DNA of 27,837 bases from Myxococcales bacterium (lineage in GTDB: Bacteria; Myxococcota_A; Polyangia; Polyangiales; Polyangiaceae): positions 1-27,837 of the forward strand of contig JAYTOU010000014.1 in the NCBI GenBank assembly GCA_043747615.1, in the 5' to 3' direction. This document shows, in pieces, positions 18,321 through 26,887 of this stretch (within the stretch, counting starts at the first letter, position 1; each line of letters opens with the position of its first letter). The notes under the pieces are model-generated. The model made no database searches. It was not told where the DNA came from and saw only the letters and a program-made list of their open reading frames with translations. The translations under genes were made by a program, and so were the position numbers.

Positions 18321-18586
18321 TTGGACCGGCTGACAAATGAACCCGGCGCGATGTGTCCGGCCGTTCAGCCGCTCCGAATCAGCTACCGCAGCGAACGCAA
18401 CGTCGTCACCGAGCGAACGGTGGAGATCACTTCCGTGGTGATGGTGGAAGATCCGGGACCCTTCTGAACTGCCTTGATCTCGAAAAGAACCAACCCCGCC
18501 AATTCAAGCTCGATCGGATCGAGAGCGCGCGCGTCGAAGATGCGTTGCTCGGCAGTGAACGGCCGGGTGCGATCTTAGCGGACTAA
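18321..18586 (+). pseudogene. Stand-alone WYL-domain gene interrupted by a 1-nt frameshift (pseudogene or sequencing error)
   Basis: Frame A (TTG 18321 or ATG 18351 to TGA 18467) gives QPLRISYRSERNVVTERTVEITSV. Frame B gives TLLNCLDLEKNQPRQFKLDRIESARV. These match the two halves of a WYL domain. Confidence 0.65.
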
Positions 18587-19857
18587 ACTTTACGCTCGAG
18601 CCCCTCGAGCTTCGCGCGCTTCGGAATGACCACCAGGCCGTTGTCCGTCACGAAGAAGCGCTGGCGATCGGCTTCGATGTTGAAGCCCACCTCCGCGCCG
18701 GAGGGGATCTCGACGTCTTTGTCGACGATGCATTTGCGGATGCGGGCGTGGCGGCCGATCTTCACGCGCTCGAAGAGCACGCTCTCTTCGACTTCGCTGA
18801 AGGAGTTGATGCGGCAGCCGACGCTGAGGACGCTGCGGTGGATGCGCCCTCCGGAAATGATGCATCCGTGGGAGACCAGGGAATCGGTGGCGATGCCCAC
18901 GCGGGCTTGCGCTTCGTCGCGAAATACAAATTTTGCAGGGGGATCGTGAGTCACGCCGGTGCGAATTGGCCAGCGCATGTTGTATAAATTGAACTGGGGA
19001 TGAATCTCGATGAGATCCATCTGGGCCTGCCAATAGGCCTCGAGAGTTCCGATGTCGCGCCAGTACCCGGGGCCGGTGCCGTCTTCGCCGGGGACCTTGT
19101 TCGTCGCGAAGTCGTAGGCCCACACTTCGCGGCCGGTCGCCACCATGCGCGGGAGGATGTCGTGGCCGAAGTCGTGGCGGCTGTCGGCGAGCTTCTCGTC
19201 ATCGGCGAGCTCGCGCACGAGAGCTTCGGTTTGAAACACGTAGTTGCCCATCGACGCCAGGCACATCTCTGAATTGCCGGGCATCGTCGGCGGGTCTTTG
19301 ACTTTTTCGTGAAAGGCGATGATTCGTCCGTTCGCGTCGGCCTCGATGACCCCGAGATCGCTCGCCTGCGCCTTCGGAACTGGGATGACAGCGACCGTCG
19401 CTTCGGCCTTCTTTAGAAGGTGATGGCCGACCATCTGCCGCACATCCATCTTGTAAATGTGATCGCCGCCGAAGATGGCGACGTGCTCCGGCTTTTCGTC
19501 GGTGATGACGTGCTGGCACTGGAAGACGGCGTCGGCCGAGCCGCGGAACCACGATTTACCGGTTCGCTGTTGGGCGGGGATGGCCTCGATGAACTGATCG
19601 AGGATTGGCGACAGACGCCACACGCGCGCGATGTGCTCCTCGAGGGATGCGCTCTTGTACTGGGTGAGGATCTTGATCCGCACCATCCCCGAGTTGACGA
19701 AGTTCGATAGAACGATGTCGATGATGCGGTAGCGCCCGCCAAAAGGGACGGCCGGCTTCGCGCGATCGAGGGTCAGCGGGTACAGACGCTTTCCTTCGCC
19801 ACCGGCGAGGATCATCACCAGGACTTGGCTCGGATCGAAATGGGAGGTCGGAATCAT
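18583..19857 (-). CDS. glgC: Glucose-1-phosphate adenylyltransferase
   Basis: ILAGGEGKRLYPLT, RAKPAVPFGGRYR, GDHIYKMD, ASMGNYVF, DFGHDI, YWRDIGT and a C-terminal left-handed beta-helix. Start at ATG 19857. Confidence 0.96.
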   Translation of the reverse strand: MIPTSHFDPSQVLVMILAGGEGKRLYPLTLDRAKPAVPFGGRYRIIDIVLSNFVNSGMVRIKILTQYKSASLEEHIARVWRLSPILDQFIEAIPAQQRTGKSWFRGSADAVFQCQHVITDEKPEHVAIFGGDHIYKMDVRQMVGHHLLKKAEATVAVIPVPKAQASDLGVIEADANGRIIAFHEKVKDPPTMPGNSEMCLASMGNYVFQTEALVRELADDEKLADSRHDFGHDILPRMVATGREVWAYDFATNKVPGEDGTGPGYWRDIGTLEAYWQAQMDLIEIHPQFNLYNMRWPIRTGVTHDPPAKFVFRDEAQARVGIATDSLVSHGCIISGGRIHRSVLSVGCRINSFSEVEESVLFERVKIGRHARIRKCIVDKDVEIPSGAEVGFNIEADRQRFFVTDNGLVVIPKRAKLEGLERKV

Positions 19858-19940
19858 CGAAGCGGCCCGGTCATAGTAACCGGCATTGGACCGGGAAAGC
19901 CAGTTGCCGCAGGAGCAATTTTCAGCCAAAAAGAAGGTGA

Positions 19941-20771
19941 ATGGCGAAGGTCGTCGATATGGCGGAGGCGCGTCCCACGGTCTCGCTGCGCTTTGCGATG
20001 CCTGCCGATGCCATGCGCGTTCTCGAAGTGGCCGCAGAGAAAGCGCGCAGCGGCGTGCGGGGATGCATCGCCACCGTGGTCGCCCGCCACGGCTCTGCTC
20101 CGGGTACTCCAGGACAAAAATTGTACGCAGGCGGTGACGGATCGTGCTTGGGCACCGTCGGCGGTGGCGCGGTGGAGCGTGAGGTGATCGACGCGCTCGA
20201 CGCGATGCTCGAAGCGGAAGATCCCCAACACCACGCGCGGTCTTTTCGTCTCGGGGCGGAGCTCGGAATGTGCTGCGGCGGATCGATCGATCTATGGATC
20301 GAGCCGATCGAAGCGCTCATCGCTTGCTTGATCGTGGGCGGAGGGCACGTGGCCACCGCCGCGGCCCCGCTCCTCGCGCGAGTGGGGTTCGCCGTGACGG
20401 TGTGCGACGAGCGCGAAGCGTGGGCGGGTGAAGCACGGCTTCCCGGCGTGCGATCGATCGTTGGTGAGCACGACGACGTCGGCAAAGAAATGTCACGACG
20501 CGGCGCCGTCCTGGTGATGACCCACGATCACGCCCTCGATCAGCGTGTCATCGAGTGGGCGCTCGCTCAGAAGTTCGCCTACGTCGGCGGAGTGGGGAGC
20601 CGCGCCAAGGCGCAACGCACGCGCGACCGCCTCGAATCCCGTGGATTTTCGGCGGAGGATTGCGCCCGCGTGCGCATGCCGATCGGCATCGAGATCGGAG
20701 CTCGCTTGCCGGAGGAGATCGCCGTGGCGATCGCCGCGGAGATGGTGGCGTGGCGGAAAAGAAAGATCTGA
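19941..20771 (+). CDS. xdhC: XdhC/CoxI-family molybdenum cofactor insertion chaperone
   Basis: GSAP..PGQK, GTVGGGAVE, LGMCCGG, VGGGHVA, VMTHDHALD, GSRAK, RMPIGIEIG..PEEIAVAIAAE. Exact start uncertain. Confidence 0.9.
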   Translation: MAKVVDMAEARPTVSLRFAMPADAMRVLEVAAEKARSGVRGCIATVVARHGSAPGTPGQKLYAGGDGSCLGTVGGGAVEREVIDALDAMLEAEDPQHHARSFRLGAELGMCCGGSIDLWIEPIEALIACLIVGGGHVATAAAPLLARVGFAVTVCDEREAWAGEARLPGVRSIVGEHDDVGKEMSRRGAVLVMTHDHALDQRVIEWALAQKFAYVGGVGSRAKAQRTRDRLESRGFSAEDCARVRMPIGIEIGARLPEEIAVAIAAEMVAWRKRKI

Positions 20772-21361
20772 CCGGGATCATCCTCGGCGCGGGTCGGGGC
20801 GAGCGCATGGGCGGGCCGAAGGCTCTCCTCGTGATCGAGGGCGAGCCGCTCTACCTTCGGCACGTCCGTCGCGCCCGCCTAGCTGGATGCGGCGACGTGA
20901 TCCTGGTGACGAACCGCGAAGTCGCGCGGGAGCTGCCCCCGGAGCCGGGCTTGCGGATCGTTCTTTCGGACGAGGACGAGACATCGGGCTCTGTCGCGCG
21001 GGGCTGCACAGCGCTCGGTGACGCGGTCGTCGTTCTCCTCACGCCGGTGGACGTGCTCCCCGCGACCACGCGCACGATCGAGCTTCTTTTTCAGGCGATT
21101 CGTGACGGCGCGGAGGCAGCGACCCCCTCTTTCCAAGGACGCGGAGGGCACCCCGTATTGTGCCGAAGAGAGGTGCTCTCCGCTTACGTCGCCGCGCCGC
21201 CGTTTCCCACGCTGCGCGATGCGCTTGCGAGGCTGGGTGAGAAGCGGGTGCGGGTCGAGGTGACTGATCCGCACGTGACGCGCGACCTGAATCGTCCAGA
21301 CGACATTTGGGCGCTCACGGGGGCGGCTCCGCAGTTCTGGAAAAAATCGATGCTACCTTGA
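20750..21361 (+). CDS. mocA: MobA/MocA-like nucleotidyltransferase (probable molybdenum cofactor cytidylyltransferase)
   Basis: GIILGAGRGERMGGPKALL, GRGGHPVL and DLNRPDD. GTG 20750 with a GGAG upstream. Follows xdhC. Confidence 0.75.
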   Translation: MAEKKDLTGIILGAGRGERMGGPKALLVIEGEPLYLRHVRRARLAGCGDVILVTNREVARELPPEPGLRIVLSDEDETSGSVARGCTALGDAVVVLLTPVDVLPATTRTIELLFQAIRDGAEAATPSFQGRGGHPVLCRREVLSAYVAAPPFPTLRDALARLGEKRVRVEVTDPHVTRDLNRPDDIWALTGAAPQFWKKSMLP

Positions 21362-21374
21362 AAAGCTGGGCCGC

Positions 21375-21503
21375 GTGATCGCCGCCATCATGATCGCCGC
21401 GCTGAACGGTGCATGCATCGAGCGCTGCTGCGGACTAATCCTCGAGCTCCACAACGGGGGCGAAGAGGTCATGAAGTTCTTCATCGCCCACCCAAAAAAG
21501 TGA
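21375..21503 (+). other. Short 42-codon ORF or gene remnant
   Basis: GTG..TGA ORF filling the gap after the mocA-like gene: VIAAIMIAALNGACIERCCGLILELHNGGEEVMKFFIAHPKK. Confidence 0.3.
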
Positions 21504-21506
21504 AAG

Positions 21507-22409
21507 CTAGAAGCGCCCGGTGATCGCCGCGCCGCCGGCGGTCGGTGAGAGCTGCGCGTTTGGGCCCGCAGTCTTCTGACCGAAAATCAAGAGGCCGCCG
21601 CCGGTCACCGCCGCGACCACGCCGAGCGTGAGAAGAGTGGCGGACAGCGTGCTGTACGCTTTGCCGCTGTCCACCGCGTTGAGAAGCTCGCTCCGTGACG
21701 AATCACAAACGCGGCCCGAGGTGCAACGTGCGTCGAGGAAGCCAATCCTCGAGCGAGCGAGGCCGTAGAAGATGATCCCGCCGACGACTCCTGCCCCGCC
21801 CGCGCTGATCAAAACCAAGGGGACTACGGAAGGGCCGGGCGGCGCGTCGAGGGGCATGCGTGCCGCCTCCTTCAGATGGACGGTGATCGCTCGCTTGACC
21901 GTCCCCGACGGAAACTCAGCGACGACCTCGTGGTCACCCGGATTCATCGGGCGCGGCGCGCTCACCGCGGCAACGGCAACGTGCTGTCCATCGATCGAGA
22001 GTCGGGTGAGCTTGTCTCCCGGTCTCACGGAGATCTCGAGCGTCGGCATGCGCGAACGAACGAAGGCGGCCTCGTCCTTTGCAGCACTGTCGACCGTTGG
22101 AACATTTGCGGTGCGTGCGAGCTCGGAGGCCCGTTCGAGCGAGGCCAACGCTTCGACGAACGCGCCGCTTCGTCCTTCACAGAGGCCAAGGTGAAAGGCG
22201 AGCTGCGGGGTCATCTTCACCGCTGACGCGCGGCGGAAGAAGATGAGCGCCTCGGACCACTTCTCACGGTCTTCGAGGCTCACGCCCTCCGCGAACCACA
22301 GCTTCGCCTGGGCGATCTGGGCGGGCGACTGTGCGCTTACGAGCCTCGGCGACGCGACGGTGAGGACCGCGACGAGAACGAGGGCACGTGCGCCTTTTCT
22401 CCTTCCCAT
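21507..22409 (-). CDS. Exported TPR plus PEGA-like domain protein (myxobacterial type)
   Basis: Signal peptide (VSA-Q), TPR helices, a PEGA-like segment (LSIDGQ..PMNPGDHEVVA), two hydrophobic helices and a C-terminal ITGRF. Start at ATG 22409. Confidence 0.75.
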   Translation of the reverse strand: MGRRKGARALVLVAVLTVASPRLVSAQSPAQIAQAKLWFAEGVSLEDREKWSEALIFFRRASAVKMTPQLAFHLGLCEGRSGAFVEALASLERASELARTANVPTVDSAAKDEAAFVRSRMPTLEISVRPGDKLTRLSIDGQHVAVAAVSAPRPMNPGDHEVVAEFPSGTVKRAITVHLKEAARMPLDAPPGPSVVPLVLISAGGAGVVGGIIFYGLARSRIGFLDARCTSGRVCDSSRSELLNAVDSGKAYSTLSATLLTLGVVAAVTGGGLLIFGQKTAGPNAQLSPTAGGAAITGRF

Positions 22410-22449
22410 GTGCGCCAGGCTAGCGGACGCGTGATACTTTTTGCCAGTG

Positions 22450-23802
22450 ATGCGGGCGGACCTTCTTGTCGCGGGGAAATACCGCCTCGTGCGAGAGCTC
22501 GGCGCCGGAGCCATGGGGGTGGTGTGGCTGGCGCGTAACGAGCTCGTGGACCGCGAGTTCGCGATCAAATTTTTGCACCCCGCGACGCCGAAGAGCGACG
22601 AGGTGTTCACGCGATTCTTTCAGGAGGCGAAAATTCTTGGTCGCCTGCGCCACCCGAGCCTTCTCGAGATCGTCGACACCGGTAAGGCAACCGAGCTTCA
22701 CGACGTGCCGTACCTGGTGATGGAGCTCCTCGAAGGGATCCCCCTCGATGGCGCGATCCGCGGGATGGGCCGCCTCCCCCTGCCGCTCACGCTCCTCATC
22801 ATGCAAGAGGTCGCGCGGGGTCTCGCCCTCGCGCACGACAGAGGGATCGTGCACCGCGATCTGAAGCCCGCGAATATTTTTCTCCATCGACCAGGCAACG
22901 GCGCGCTCATCCCAAAAGTCGTCGACTTCGGAATCAGCAAAATCATCGCTGGTCCTGGAGATGATCCCGCGTTGAGCCTCACGCGAACGGGCGCCCTGAT
23001 TGGCTCGCCGATGTACATGAGCCCGGAGCAAGCGGCGAGCGACAAGACCCTCGATGCGCGGAGCGACGTGCATGCGCTGGGGGTCGTGACGTGGGAGTGC
23101 CTGGTCGGCAAAACGCCATACGTCGCCACGACCTTCACCTCGCTCGTGGTCGAGATCGTCACGGGCTCGCGGCCTCTCCTTCGCGCGTCAATGCCCGATG
23201 CACCGGCTTCGGTCGAGGCGCTCCTCGCGAAGGCTTTCGCCGTTGACCGCGACGCTCGATTCGCCAATGCCGGTGAATTTGCAGCGGCCATCGTGCACGT
23301 GCTCGCGCAGCTTGGCGTAACGGAGACTCTCGACGCGCGCACGAGCGCGGAGCTCTTTTTTTCCAAGCTCCCGAAGGACGCCGCGGTCGCCGCCGTCGCG
23401 CCACCCTATGTGTCGCGAAGAAAACGCAGCGGCATCGGTTTCACTCAAGTCGATCCTCTCACGCCGACGGAGCTTCTGGCCCCGACGATCACCGCGCACC
23501 TGCCGCATGAAGGCTCCGCGCCCGCGCAAAAAAAATCGAGCGCTCTTCCGTACGCGATCGTCGGAGCGGTCATCGCGGTCCTCGCCGGGGGAAACTGGTA
23601 TCTGGCAGGCAAGCGCACGGTTGCTCCGGCGAATGGAGAGGACCTCCTCGTTGCCCCACCAGCGATCCCTCCGCCGACGCCGACCGATCCTCCCGTCGTC
23701 GATGCGGGTGCCAAGAATTCTCCTCGTCCGCCCAAGCCCGCTCGTCCTCCTGCGGGCACCAAGGGTGACTTCCGTAGAGGCGTGAGCGGCGACGGCTTCT
23801 AG
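22450..23802 (+). CDS. Membrane-anchored Hanks-type Ser/Thr protein kinase
   Basis: Intact motifs GAGAMG, AIK, HRDLKPAN, DFG and GSPMYMSPEQ, then a TM helix and a Pro-rich tail. Start TTG 22441 or ATG 22450. Confidence 0.93.
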   Translation: MRADLLVAGKYRLVRELGAGAMGVVWLARNELVDREFAIKFLHPATPKSDEVFTRFFQEAKILGRLRHPSLLEIVDTGKATELHDVPYLVMELLEGIPLDGAIRGMGRLPLPLTLLIMQEVARGLALAHDRGIVHRDLKPANIFLHRPGNGALIPKVVDFGISKIIAGPGDDPALSLTRTGALIGSPMYMSPEQAASDKTLDARSDVHALGVVTWECLVGKTPYVATTFTSLVVEIVTGSRPLLRASMPDAPASVEALLAKAFAVDRDARFANAGEFAAAIVHVLAQLGVTETLDARTSAELFFSKLPKDAAVAAVAPPYVSRRKRSGIGFTQVDPLTPTELLAPTITAHLPHEGSAPAQKKSSALPYAIVGAVIAVLAGGNWYLAGKRTVAPANGEDLLVAPPAIPPPTPTDPPVVDAGAKNSPRPPKPARPPAGTKGDFRRGVSGDGF

Positions 23803-24059
23803 CCACCGTCGACGGGAGCGTCGGGCGGGTCGGCGTCGGGCTCGTCAATCGCACCGAGAGCATCGAACGCGTCCATATCCTGAAAGACGTCGGTCGCATC
23901 CATCGAGCTTGCCGCGTCGCGTTCGGCATCGCGCACGCTCGCCTCTTCGCCGCCATCCGCTCCGGCGCGATCGAAGAAGTAGTAGTCGGGAAAACAAGCG
24001 AGAAAGAGGGTTGTCCCGAAAATCACTCCTCCAAGCGCAATGCCCGCCCGCAACCTCAT
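23799..24059 (-). CDS. Small acidic low-complexity lipoprotein
   Basis: Signal peptide with a lipobox-like FLA-C followed by an Asp/Ala-rich tail (DGG/DA repeats). Confidence 0.65.
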   Translation of the reverse strand: MRLRAGIALGGVIFGTTLFLACFPDYYFFDRAGADGGEEASVRDAERDAASSMDATDVFQDMDAFDALGAIDEPDADPPDAPVDGG

Positions 24060-24080
24060 TACCCCAAGATATCCCTTTCT

Positions 24081-24102
24081 GGAGCGCGGCGATGCTCGCT
24101 CC
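24081..24102. repeat. Inverted repeat GGAGCG-N10-CGCTCC in the divergent intergenic region
   Basis: Seen directly, between the lipoprotein start and the Mo-subunit start. Confidence 0.35.
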
Positions 24103-24119
24103 GGTTAGACTCGCAAACC

Positions 24120-26354
24120 GTGACTACGAGCTTCATTGGGGAGAACGTCCCGCGCGTCGACGGGGCGGCAAAGGTGACGGGAGACGCCGCGTACATCGAC
24201 GATTTCGTGGTGCCCGGTGCGCTCTATGGAGCAACCGTACGAAGCGACGTGCCTCGCGGAACGCTCCGTGGAATCAAGCGTGATCCTGCCTTCGACTGGA
24301 CGGGAATCACCGTGGTCACCGCCGCCGACATTCCCGGCGACAACGTGGTCATGCTCATCGAGGACGATCAGCCGGTGCTCGCCGCGACGTCGATTCGGCA
24401 CATGTACGAGCCCGTCGCGCTCGTGGCGTGTGACGATCCGGTGCGCCTGAAGCGCGCGCTCAAGGCCATCACGCTCGACGTGGAGCCGCTCCCTCCGCTC
24501 CTCACGATGGACGATTCCATAGCCAAAAAACAGCTGGTTCACGGCACCGACAACGTTTTCAAGCGCTACGTCATGGAGCACCAGCTCGGTGGCAAAGACA
24601 TCGACGCGCTCATCGGCTCGTGCGACATCGTGCTCGAGGGGCGCTACGAAGTGCACCACCAGGAGCAGCTGTACATCGAACCGCAGGGCATGATCGCCTG
24701 GTGGAGCGACGCCGGCGTTCACGTGACCGGATCCCTTCAGTGCCCGTACTACGTGCACAAGGCGATGAAGCGCGCTTTTGCCCTCGAGGGCGATCGCGTC
24801 CACATCACCCAGGCGGTGACCGGCGGCGGCTTCGGTGGGAAAGAAGAATATCCGAGCATGATCGCGGCGCATGCAGCCCTCCTCGCGCGCTCTGCCAAGA
24901 AACCGATTCGTATGATCTACGGCCGAAAAGAGGACATCGAGGCCACCACCAAGCGCCACCCCGCGCGCATGGACATCAAGACCGGCTGCACGAAAGACGG
25001 AAAGCTCGTCGCTCTGAAGGTCGACTGCGTGATGGACGGCGGCGCCTACGCGACGCTCACCTCGGTCGTCTTGTCGCGCGGGATTCTCCATGCCGCAGGC
25101 GCTTACGAATGGAAGCACGCGCGCGTCGCGGGCATCGCGGTCGCGACCAACACGCCGCCGAACGGCGCGTTTCGTGGCTTCGGCGCGCCGCAAACGATCT
25201 GGGGCATCGAGCGTCACATGGATCGGCTGGCGACGAAGCTCGGACGCGAGCCGCTCGATCTGCGCAGACAAAACGTCCTCAAAATCGGCTCCGTCACGGT
25301 GACCGGACAAACGCTCACCGAGAGCGTGGGAGTTCAAGAGTGCATCGAGCGTGCAGTGAAGGAGAGCGACTACGACGCGAAGCGCGCCGCGTACACCAAG
25401 GCTCCCGTGAAGGATCACAAGCGGCGAGGAATCGGAGTGTGCGTGTTCATGCACGGCGCCGGCTTCACCGGATCGGGCGAGCGGCGCCTCAAAGGGAAGG
25501 TCCAGGTAGATCTCGAGCGCGGTGGGAAGCTCCGCGTGCGCTCCGGCTCCACCGACATCGGGCAAGGGACGGAGACCATCTTTCGCCAGATTGCGGCCAC
25601 CGCCTCTGGCCTCACCATCGCCGACATCGTGCTCGAAACTCCGTGCACCACCAACGTGCCCGACTCGGGGCCCACCGTGGCTTCGCGCACGGTGATGGTC
25701 GTGGGATCGATCGTCGGCACGGCCTCGAAGCAGCTGGCTGATCGCGTACGTGAGGCGCAGAGCACACTAGAGAGCTTTGGCGAAGCGGCCGATCGACTCC
25801 TCGATGCAGCGAAGGGTCCCATCGTGGCCGTCGTTCAATACGAGCCTCCTGCCGCCAACGCCTGGGACGACGAAGCCTACCGAGGCGATGCGTACCCCAC
25901 GTTTTCCTGGGGCTGCGACATCGCAGAGGTCGAGGTCGATCTCGATACGTACGAGACGAAGGTCGTGAACTTTTACGCTGCGCAAGACGTCGGCAAGGCG
26001 ATTCACCCCGTGATGTGCGCTGGGCAAATCGAAGGCGGAACTCTGCAAGCCATCGGCTGGGCGCTGTACGAGGCCGTGGTTTGGAAGGACGGCAAGATCC
26101 TGAATCCCCGTATGACCAACTACGTCATCCCCACCAGCAAAGACGCTCCGCCTTTCACGACGATCCTCGTCGAGCATCCGTTCTCGGGAGGGCCGAACGG
26201 CGCAAAAGGAGTGGGCGAGCTACCGATGGATGGCGGCGCGCCCGCTCTGGCCGCGGCGGTAGAGCAGGCTATTCGTGCAGAGTGCAACGATTTGCCGCTC
26301 CTCCCCGAGCAGCTGTTCGCGGCCGTTGCCCGCGAGAAGAAACGCGTCCAATGA
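24120..26354 (+). CDS. Xanthine dehydrogenase-family molybdopterin-binding (large) subunit
   Basis: RVDGAAKVTG, YIEPQG, GGGFGGKE, AFRGFGAPQ, DIGQG, TVASR, GQIEGG and AKGVGE. Confidence 0.93.
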   Translation: MTTSFIGENVPRVDGAAKVTGDAAYIDDFVVPGALYGATVRSDVPRGTLRGIKRDPAFDWTGITVVTAADIPGDNVVMLIEDDQPVLAATSIRHMYEPVALVACDDPVRLKRALKAITLDVEPLPPLLTMDDSIAKKQLVHGTDNVFKRYVMEHQLGGKDIDALIGSCDIVLEGRYEVHHQEQLYIEPQGMIAWWSDAGVHVTGSLQCPYYVHKAMKRAFALEGDRVHITQAVTGGGFGGKEEYPSMIAAHAALLARSAKKPIRMIYGRKEDIEATTKRHPARMDIKTGCTKDGKLVALKVDCVMDGGAYATLTSVVLSRGILHAAGAYEWKHARVAGIAVATNTPPNGAFRGFGAPQTIWGIERHMDRLATKLGREPLDLRRQNVLKIGSVTVTGQTLTESVGVQECIERAVKESDYDAKRAAYTKAPVKDHKRRGIGVCVFMHGAGFTGSGERRLKGKVQVDLERGGKLRVRSGSTDIGQGTETIFRQIAATASGLTIADIVLETPCTTNVPDSGPTVASRTVMVVGSIVGTASKQLADRVREAQSTLESFGEAADRLLDAAKGPIVAVVQYEPPAANAWDDEAYRGDAYPTFSWGCDIAEVEVDLDTYETKVVNFYAAQDVGKAIHPVMCAGQIEGGTLQAIGWALYEAVVWKDGKILNPRMTNYVIPTSKDAPPFTTILVEHPFSGGPNGAKGVGELPMDGGAPALAAAVEQAIRAECNDLPLLPEQLFAAVAREKKRVQ

Positions 26355-26887
26355 GCCGGGTTGGAGAAAGCGATACCGTGCAGAAGTTCTTTCTTCGGAT
26401 GAACGTTAACGGAAGCGACCGCGAGGTCGAGGCTCCGCCGCTGGCCCGCTTGCTCGATGTGCTCCGCGGCCCGATGGGCCTCACCGGAACGAAAGAGGGC
26501 TGCGGCGAAGGCGAATGTGGCTCTTGCTCCGTTCTCCTCGACGGCGCTCCCGTGAACTCGTGCCTCGTCGCCGCCGGTCAGTGCGAAGGACGCAGTGTGG
26601 TCACGGTCGAAGGGCTGAGCCTGGGTGACGCGCTCTCACCGCTCCAGCGCTGCTTCATCGACGACGGCGGCGCGCAGTGCGGCATCTGCACACCCGGAAT
26701 GCTGGTCGCCGCGGAGGCGCTTCTTCGCGCGAACTCCCGTCCGACGGAGGACGACGTGCGCGATGCCATCGCCGGCAATCTGTGCCGCTGCACCGGCTAC
26801 CAGCGCATCATTGATGCCATCATGAACGCGGCGGCCACGCTGCCTCCGCCGCGGCGATCCATGTTTCCCCCGGGAGTGAAGGTATGA
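26351..26887 (+). CDS. Xanthine dehydrogenase-family 2x[2Fe-2S] (small) subunit
   Basis: GTKEGCGEGECGSC, NSC, QCGICTPG and GNLCRCTGY. ATGA overlap at 26351. Confidence 0.93.
   Translation: MSRVGESDTVQKFFLRMNVNGSDREVEAPPLARLLDVLRGPMGLTGTKEGCGEGECGSCSVLLDGAPVNSCLVAAGQCEGRSVVTVEGLSLGDALSPLQRCFIDDGGAQCGICTPGMLVAAEALLRANSRPTEDDVRDAIAGNLCRCTGYQRIIDAIMNAAATLPPPRRSMFPPGVKV

Noticed and set aside
18353..18586. 77-aa ORF as given in the ORF track
   Set aside because: Only its C-terminal half looks like protein. The matching N-terminal half is in another frame (see the WYL finding).
24105..25565. 486-aa antisense ORF (also 759..1724, 1717..2571, 7078..8028 and 10220..11053)
   Set aside because: These are shadow ORFs opposite well-supported genes, expected in high-GC DNA with few stop codons. 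No recognisable motifs.
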